The notes under the pieces are model-generated. The model ran no database searches, was not told the origin of the DNA, and worked only from the letters and a program-made list of their open reading frames with translations. A DNA stretch of 64,000 nucleotides from the NCBI GenBank assembly GCA_011087645.1, contig JAALLF010000014.1:22817-86816 (forward strand). Direction: 5' to 3'. Made by a program: the position numbers and the translations under genes. This document shows, piece after piece, positions 58,022-64,000 of the stretch; position 1 is the stretch's first letter, and each line of letters begins with the position of its first letter. Source of the stretch: Alphaproteobacteria bacterium. Lineage in GTDB: Bacteria; Pseudomonadota; Alphaproteobacteria; UBA6615.

Positions 58022-59476
58022 TCAGGCCGTATCGACCGACGGGAACAATGACTTGTACGTCGCCAACTCTTCTTTGAGTTTGCGTTTGCCGATCCGGCGC
58101 ACGGTGCGCTTCCACGCCGCTTCGGTGTCTTTGACAACCTGCTTGGCCGTCTTGTCGCCGGTGTAGGCTTCTGAGACGTTCCGCTTGAACTCGGTTTCGA
58201 ACTCGAGCAGACCGGTCAGATAGATCGGCGGCGTCGTGACCTTGAGGTTTCGGTTGATCGCATCCATGCCACCAGCAGTGTAGGTGTTGAATGGCTTGGA
58301 ACCTTCCTTGAAGTGATCAACGTGCCACGGATCGTGGAACGTGTTCACCGGATCGCCGACAATCAACGAGCTGTTCGCTGCCGTCGCCAGATACATCGCC
58401 ATGTGGGCCATCTGTGCCTTACGCGGGCTGTGACGGTTGACCACAACGGCCACGACCGGCGCGGAAATCGAACGGTGCTTGCGCGAGCCGCTGAAATCCG
58501 ATCCCGGAACCAGACCATAGCTCCACTTACCGGCGGTCTTCGACTTGTCGGGATTTTCCGCCAAGGCGATGATGCCGTCCCAGTACTGGCACGAGAAGGC
58601 GTTACCGTTGATGATCCGCGGGATCATCTGCGGCGTACCCCAACCAGCGGCTTCCGGATGCGATGCCGATTTAACGTTCAAGAACGTTTGGACCGCATAT
58701 TCACCTTCCGGCGTATCGATCGTCGGGTTCATGTCATCATCGAACGGGAATCCGCCGGCGCTGTAGAGATACATATAAATCCACGCCAAGCTCGACCCAC
58801 GATCGCGCAGGTTAGCCGAACCCCAGAGATTATCGTCGGGGCGGGTGAAGAAGTTCATGAGCTCAAGCTCTTCTTCCCACGTTCCCGGCCACGTCATCTC
58901 CCGACCATGCTTGTCAGCGAAGGCCTTCTTCTCGTCGGCGTCCTCGAACAGATCCTTACGGATGAACTGCACATGGACGTTGCCGTCCGTGGGCATACCG
59001 TAGGTCTTGCCTTTGTAGGTCATGAACTTGCCGAAGTCGCCGACGGCATTGATCTTGAACCCAGCAGCCGCCATGTATTCATCCAACGGCTCGATCAGGC
59101 CGGCAGAGGCCAGTGAAGGAATCATGTTGGAATCGAGATGGAAGAAATCGAACTCTGGCGATTTCGACAAGGCTTCGGCCATCGCGCGCTGCGGGATGTC
59201 GAAGGTGCTGATGTCCTGGATCTTCGGCAGGCTAATACCGGTCGCGTCATTGAACGCACCAACCACCGGCGAGATCGCCACCTGATAGTTCGACCATAGA
59301 ATACCGGTCAGCTCCGCCTTACCCAGCTTTTTCGCTGACGCGATAATTCGGTCTTCTTCGGCGCCGGCGAGTGCCGGCGACGTGAGCGCTGTCGGCAATA
59401 CACCTGTCGCGGCCGCCAAGGCACCTGCCTTCATAATCTGGCGACGCGAGATGTCCGACCATTTTACTTTTTTCAC
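58022..59476 (-). CDS. Tat-exported ABC carbohydrate-family substrate-binding protein
   Basis: SRRQIMK twin-arginine signal; IEPLD, YGMP, RKDLF, P.TWEE (SBP_bac_1-like); GTG 59476 behind GGGAGG. Confidence 0.85.
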   Translation of the reverse strand: MKKVKWSDISRRQIMKAGALAAATGVLPTALTSPALAGAEEDRIIASAKKLGKAELTGILWSNYQVAISPVVGAFNDATGISLPKIQDISTFDIPQRAMAEALSKSPEFDFFHLDSNMIPSLASAGLIEPLDEYMAAAGFKINAVGDFGKFMTYKGKTYGMPTDGNVHVQFIRKDLFEDADEKKAFADKHGREMTWPGTWEEELELMNFFTRPDDNLWGSANLRDRGSSLAWIYMYLYSAGGFPFDDDMNPTIDTPEGEYAVQTFLNVKSASHPEAAGWGTPQMIPRIINGNAFSCQYWDGIIALAENPDKSKTAGKWSYGLVPGSDFSGSRKHRSISAPVVAVVVNRHSPRKAQMAHMAMYLATAANSSLIVGDPVNTFHDPWHVDHFKEGSKPFNTYTAGGMDAINRNLKVTTPPIYLTGLLEFETEFKRNVSEAYTGDKTAKQVVKDTEAAWKRTVRRIGKRKLKEELATYKSLFPSVDTA

Positions 59477-59764
59477 TGTAGTTCCTCCCTGTTGACGATT
59501 GGGTTGCATGCCTCCAACCAAACGGTGACAAATTATATCACTATTGGAAAATTATGCCACTTTAAGATAATTGCCAAATGCGGCGTTCAAAGGGCGGCCC
59601 TTTGGCCGTCATCTCCGAAGTTCTCGACTCTTCGTAATCCGAATATATGTCTCAAAAAAACCGTCTCCGCTCACAGGGCGAAACGTCGCCGCGACATGAT
59701 CGCCGACAGGTCATGTGCATCGCATTCGGCGATGTCGATTAGAACAAACGTTTAAATCATTTCC

Positions 59765-59794
59765 TTGACTGCCCTGAGCCTACGAGGCTAGCTT
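59765..59794 (+). promoter_or_regulatory. Putative sigma70 promoter of tctCBA
   Basis: TTGACT-N18-TAGCTT, ~120 bp upstream of the ATG, which has a GGGAG RBS. Confidence 0.4.
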
Positions 59795-59914
59795 TCACAA
59801 CAATGTGTGCCGGAATTTTTAGAGCTTCAGCTCGCGACACCGTTAGTGTGCGAGAAGTTGGTCGAGGAATTTTCACAGCAAACAATGGTCCGGCACCAAA
59901 CAAGGGAGAGCTAA

Positions 59915-60934
59915 ATGATTTCGCTTAAAAAATGTATGTATACGGCCGTCGCCGCAGTTGCGATGGCCGGCGTCAGCCTATTCGCAACCGTCGGCGCCCA
60001 GGCGCAGGAGAAATTCCCCAACGGTCCGGTCATCATCCAGGTGCCGTTCTCACCGGGCGGCGGCGCCGATCGCACCTTCCGCCTATTCGCCCCCTATCTC
60101 GCAGAAGAGCTGGGCGTGCCGGTGAAAGTCACCAACGTCGCCGGTGGCGGCGGCTGGGTATCCTGGGGCCAGGTAACCGGTCAATGGGACGGCGAGAAAG
60201 ACGATCACAAATTGGCGGTGGTGAACATTCCGCACATTTTCTCGATGCTGAACCCAGACATGAAGCGCACCGAGAGCCTCGAATCGTTCAACTTCCTGGC
60301 GTGGCATTCCTACGATCCAGGCCTGTGGCTGGTTCGGTGGGACGATGAGCGCTTCAAGGATCTCGAGGGCGTCATCGAATACGCCAAAGAAACCCCGCTG
60401 ATCGTCTCGGTCGGCAGCCATGGTGGCGACGACCATGTTGGTATGGCTTTCTCGCAGAAAGCGATCCCCGAAATGAAGCCGATGAAGTTTATCTTCAGCG
60501 ACACCGGCGACAATGGGAAAATCGCGATGATCCTCGGCAAGAATGTCGACATGGTGGCAGCCAATGTCGGCTATTACGTGCGCAGCATCATGGAACGCAA
60601 GCTGCGTCCGATTGCCGTGTTGCATAACGAGCCTTGGACGGTTCTGCCGGGCGTACCGACTTTCCAGGAAGTCGTCGGTAAACCGAACATCACCTATGCT
60701 GGCCGTACGATCGCCACCGCAAATGGATTGGCCCCGGAAAAGCGGGAAATCTATCTCAAGGCCATTGAGGCCGCGATGAGCAACCCGGAGTACATCCAGA
60801 AAGAAACGGCAAACCGTAACTTCCTGATGTTCCGCACCGGCGATGAAATGTGGGACCTGTTGCGTTCGGGCCAGAAGGTCGCTGAAGATGCGGCTTACTG
60901 GGAAGGACCGCCTGCACCACCTAAGAAAAAGTAG
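59915..60934 (+). CDS. tctC: Tripartite tricarboxylate transporter substrate-binding protein
   Basis: Signal peptide, FP..P, VPFSPGGGAD...R, NVAGGGG, PGVPTF.E. Confidence 0.88.
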   Translation: MISLKKCMYTAVAAVAMAGVSLFATVGAQAQEKFPNGPVIIQVPFSPGGGADRTFRLFAPYLAEELGVPVKVTNVAGGGGWVSWGQVTGQWDGEKDDHKLAVVNIPHIFSMLNPDMKRTESLESFNFLAWHSYDPGLWLVRWDDERFKDLEGVIEYAKETPLIVSVGSHGGDDHVGMAFSQKAIPEMKPMKFIFSDTGDNGKIAMILGKNVDMVAANVGYYVRSIMERKLRPIAVLHNEPWTVLPGVPTFQEVVGKPNITYAGRTIATANGLAPEKREIYLKAIEAAMSNPEYIQKETANRNFLMFRTGDEMWDLLRSGQKVAEDAAYWEGPPAPPKKK

Positions 60935-60970
60935 TCCTGCACTTTCCGCGCACCTTGCGCTGACAAATCG

Positions 60971-61004
60971 TCAGGCCCCGCCGGCAAGCGCTGGCGGGGC
61001 CTGA
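60971..61004. terminator. GC-rich stem-loop between tctC and tctB (stabiliser or partial terminator)
   Basis: TCAGGCCCCGCC...GGCGGGGCCTGA 12-bp perfect stem; no U-tract. Confidence 0.5.
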
Positions 61005-61111
61005 TGGCAGCCTACAACGCCGCAATCCTTTTTGTTTCTGCGCATGGAGTTTGTGCAGCACGGATAGCGTTGCGGAATCCTACATGAGCAAGCAACGGGC
61101 ATGAGCACGCT

Positions 61112-61564
61112 ATGAGCATGAGCAAGATAAGGGCTGAACGTGTGACCGCGATCGGGATGATTGTCGTGGCCGGTTTCTTCATCACCCAGTCACAGAATTT
61201 ACCGAGTACATCAGGCGCGTTCCCGAAATTTACTGAATTCATGATTATCGCGCTCGCCGGAATCATGATCCTGCGCACTTTCATAACCCGCGACGAAAAG
61301 CTTTCCGGCGATGTCCGTTTCGATTTTTCCTATATGGGCTTTAAGCCGACTTTGGTGATGATCGTAGCTGCGTTTTACATTTACGCCGTCTTTCAAGTCG
61401 GATTTTATGCCTCCTCGATCGTGTTTTATTTCCTCGTCACCTACATGACCGGGATTAGAAACTACAAGGTCATGGCGATCGTCGCGTCTGTCTTGTTCCC
61501 GTTAATGTATGTCTTTTTCAACATTGCCCTCGGCGCCGATCTGCCCAAGGGAATTCTGATCTGA
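61112..61564 (+). CDS. tctB: Tripartite tricarboxylate transporter TctB
   Basis: About four TMs, GAFP, C-terminal FNIALGADLPKG; lies between tctC and tctA. Confidence 0.85.
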   Translation: MSMSKIRAERVTAIGMIVVAGFFITQSQNLPSTSGAFPKFTEFMIIALAGIMILRTFITRDEKLSGDVRFDFSYMGFKPTLVMIVAAFYIYAVFQVGFYASSIVFYFLVTYMTGIRNYKVMAIVASVLFPLMYVFFNIALGADLPKGILI

Positions 61565-61616
61565 CCGCCACAACGCCAAGCGTTGTTGCGATCCACTAGC
61601 TAGAGAAAGATCGGTC

Positions 61617-63146
61617 ATGGAAGCGTTCTCTCATTTAGGCGACGTCGTCTCACTGGCGAATTTGGCCGCCATGTTGCTCGGCATCGTCGTCGGGCTCATC
61701 ATTGGCGCCATCCCGGGACTTGGCCCGCCCATGGCCATCGCTCTGATGATCCCAATTTCGTTCACCTGGGAACCCCAGACCGCCTTGATCATGATGGTGG
61801 CCACTTATGCCGCCGGCATCTATGGCGGGTCGTTCACCGCAATACTCCTGCGCGCACCGGGAACTTCAGCATCGGCCGCCTCGGCGATCGAAGGCTTCGA
61901 ATTAACCAAACGCGGCAAAGCGATCGAAGCGATCCGTATGTCGACCTTCGCCTCCGTAATGGGCGGCTTGATCAGCGGCCTGGTACTGCTATTCCTGGCG
62001 CCGCCGCTGGCCAAGATTTCGCTCTGGTTCGGGCCGGTAGAATTTTTTCTGGTCGCCATTCTCGGTCTCACCGCGATCGCCGCGGTCTCCTTCGGGGCGC
62101 TCCTGCGCGGTCTGGCCGCTGGCATGTTCGGCCTGTTCGTCAGCACCATCGGCGTCGATACGATGACCGCGTTTCCGCGCTTCACCTATGGCGCGACCGG
62201 TCTTTTGTCAGGCGTCGGCGTACTGCCGGCGGTGATCGGCCTGTTCGCGTTCGCTCAGGCCCTCACGCTTTGCGAAGGTAGCCCCCATACGAACATTTCC
62301 GGCAAATCCAAGCTCAGTTGGAACATCTGGCCGAAATTTAGCGAGATCATGCACTGCCGCTGGTCGCTGGTGCGCGGCTGGTCCACCGGCCTAGTTATGG
62401 GGATGGTGCCGGCGGCTGGCGCCAGCGTCGCCCAATGGATCGTTTACTCCTGGGAGATCCAGCGCGGTAAACCCGGCGACCAATTCGGCAAAGGCGAGAT
62501 CAAGGGTCTGGCCGCGACAGAGGGGTCGAACAACGGCGTAACCGGCACGTCGCTGATTCCGATGTTCGTGCTGGGTATTCCCGGCGGCATATCGGCAGCC
62601 GTTATCCTCGGCGCCTTGATGATCCATGGTCTGCAGCCCGGCGATACGCTTTTCACCAAAAATCCGGAAGTGATCTACACGGTGATGTGGGGCTTCGTAC
62701 TCGCCAACATCCTGATGGGCGGCATCGCCGCAGTTCTGGCCCGCACCATGGCCTATTCAACCCTGGTGCCGCGCGGCATTCTGGCGCCGGTCATCATGAT
62801 TTTCTGCGTGATCGGCACCTTCACCGCCAGCGGCAATCCGTGGGATGTCTGGATCATGGTGACGTTCGGGTTCATCGGATATTTCGCCGAGAAATATCGG
62901 TTCATCCCGGCCGGCATCCTGCTCGGTATCATTTTGGGGCCGATCGCCGAACAGGGCTTCCGCAACACCCTCGTCCTGTCCGACGGTGACCTCATCTCCT
63001 ACACCGCAACGCGCCCGATCGCGATCGTCGTCATCGTGATGATCATCGGCGCGCTGTACTTCGCGCTGAAGCCGAAGAAGTGGGAAACCGCGGCGGAGAC
63101 CTACGACACGCAGGCGGACGAATACGCCGAGGGCAATGACGACTAA
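61617..63146 (+). CDS. tctA: Tripartite tricarboxylate transporter permease TctA
   Basis: GAIPGLG, YGGS..AILL..PGT, E.SNN, LGIPG, HGLQPG. Confidence 0.93.
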   Translation: MEAFSHLGDVVSLANLAAMLLGIVVGLIIGAIPGLGPPMAIALMIPISFTWEPQTALIMMVATYAAGIYGGSFTAILLRAPGTSASAASAIEGFELTKRGKAIEAIRMSTFASVMGGLISGLVLLFLAPPLAKISLWFGPVEFFLVAILGLTAIAAVSFGALLRGLAAGMFGLFVSTIGVDTMTAFPRFTYGATGLLSGVGVLPAVIGLFAFAQALTLCEGSPHTNISGKSKLSWNIWPKFSEIMHCRWSLVRGWSTGLVMGMVPAAGASVAQWIVYSWEIQRGKPGDQFGKGEIKGLAATEGSNNGVTGTSLIPMFVLGIPGGISAAVILGALMIHGLQPGDTLFTKNPEVIYTVMWGFVLANILMGGIAAVLARTMAYSTLVPRGILAPVIMIFCVIGTFTASGNPWDVWIMVTFGFIGYFAEKYRFIPAGILLGIILGPIAEQGFRNTLVLSDGDLISYTATRPIAIVVIVMIIGALYFALKPKKWETAAETYDTQADEYAEGNDD

Positions 63147-63232
63147 GTCGGGTCGTCGGCGTATATCGCTTTTAACATCCCGGAAGCTGGGCAGGCCTCC
63201 GGGCAAACCTATATTGCAAAAAGGGGATTGAG

Positions 63233-64000
63233 ATGGCGCAAGCTGAATCAAAAAATATGAAATTACTTGCCCAGAATAACCTGGTCGGTTTCGGTGGTAT
63301 GGGCGAGGGTATGAGTATGCAGATGACCGGCGACGGTCGACGCATCCTGTGGCTGGCGCACGAATCCGCGCCGAAGAATTTCACTGGCGTCGATGTCAGC
63401 AATCCCAACAAGCCCGAGGTTGTGGTGCAGACCGAGCTGCCCCATATGGACATGCGCTCCAACTCCCTGGAGTTGACCGGCGACATCCTGGCGGTCGCCT
63501 ATCAGACCAAGGGCAAAAACATGCAGCCCGCCGGGGTCGAATTGTTCGATGTATCGTCGCCGGAAGACCCCAAGACGATTTCCTTCTTCGACTGCTCCGG
63601 CCCCCATTCGCGCGGCGTGCATCAGCTATGGTTTGCCGATGGCGAGTATGTCCATTTCGCCGGCGGGTCGGACGACTTCGTGCCCACCAACCCGCTCGAC
63701 GACCAGTTCTACCGCTGCATCGATGTGCGCAACCCGTCGAAACCTGTCGAGGTGGGCCGCTGGTGGTATCCCGGCACCCGCGAAGGCGACAATGTGCCGC
63801 CGCCGCCGCGCCATCCATTCATGGATTCAGGCTTCCGCGCCCACAACACCAATGTCTACCCGGAACGTCCCGACCGTCTGTATATGTGCTATCTCGACGG
63901 CGGCACCTTCATCATGGACATCTCGGATAAGTCCAACCCCCAGGTGCTTGGCTCGTGGAACCCTCACCCCCCCTATCCGGGCTTTGCCCATACCGCGCTG
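63233..64000 (+). CDS. LVIVD-repeat beta-propeller protein (truncated by window end; missing from the ORF track)
   Basis: Read from ATG 63233: MAQAESKNMKLL..GGMGEG..LWLAHESAPKNFTGVDVSNPNKP..FDVSSPEDP..IDVRNPSKP.EVGRWW..MDISDKSNP. Confidence 0.8.
   Translation, partial: MAQAESKNMKLLAQNNLVGFGGMGEGMSMQMTGDGRRILWLAHESAPKNFTGVDVSNPNKPEVVVQTELPHMDMRSNSLELTGDILAVAYQTKGKNMQPAGVELFDVSSPEDPKTISFFDCSGPHSRGVHQLWFADGEYVHFAGGSDDFVPTNPLDDQFYRCIDVRNPSKPVEVGRWWYPGTREGDNVPPPPRHPFMDSGFRAHNTNVYPERPDRLYMCYLDGGTFIMDISDKSNPQVLGSWNPHPPYPGFAHTAL

Noticed and set aside
63349-63930. 193-aa Arg-rich + strand ORF
   Set aside because: Alternative frame over the real LVIVD gene starting at 63233
1-64000. CRISPR array, tRNA, rRNA or riboswitch
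   Set aside because: No regularly spaced repeats or recognisable RNA-gene signatures by eye; intergenic gaps are short; not computationally scanned

Overview
Chromosomal window from a GC-rich alphaproteobacterium, inferred from gcrA, DUF1674, a large NAD-glutamate dehydrogenase and the rsmB-rpe-heparinase II/III...purH-MFS-gdh neighbourhood. Housekeeping flanks (1-6.6 kb and 48.5-64 kb) enclose a ~42-kb surface-glycan locus with no visible integrase, transposase, tRNA or att repeat. The locus holds the first half of a legionaminic-acid-type pathway (legB, legC, CBS-nucleotidyltransferase), an Fe/2OG dioxygenase, a nucleotide-sugar dehydrogenase and a local PAPS supply (cysD, cysNC). A wHTH regulator and an RfaH-type antiterminator follow, with an ops-like site heading a ~32-kb single-strand gene run. 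That run encodes a complete pseudaminic acid pathway (pseB, C, F, G-H fusion, I) and a dense set of tailoring enzymes: seven SAM methyltransferases, two kinase-fold proteins, two sulfotransferase-fold proteins, DUF4910 and AsnB. It also encodes a KpsS-like transferase, four GT4s, a PglK-like ABC flippase, a WaaL-like ligase and WbpL/K/M-like initiation genes. The best candidates for undescribed biology are (i) a split WbdD-like kinase + methyltransferase glycan-capping module beside the ABC flippase, (ii) an alphaproteobacterial RfaH/ops plus wHTH-operator circuit, (iii) a tailoring cassette inside the pse genes, and (iv) tandem NrdR-like boxes upstream of gcrA. All protein calls are from motifs read by eye; no database search was run.
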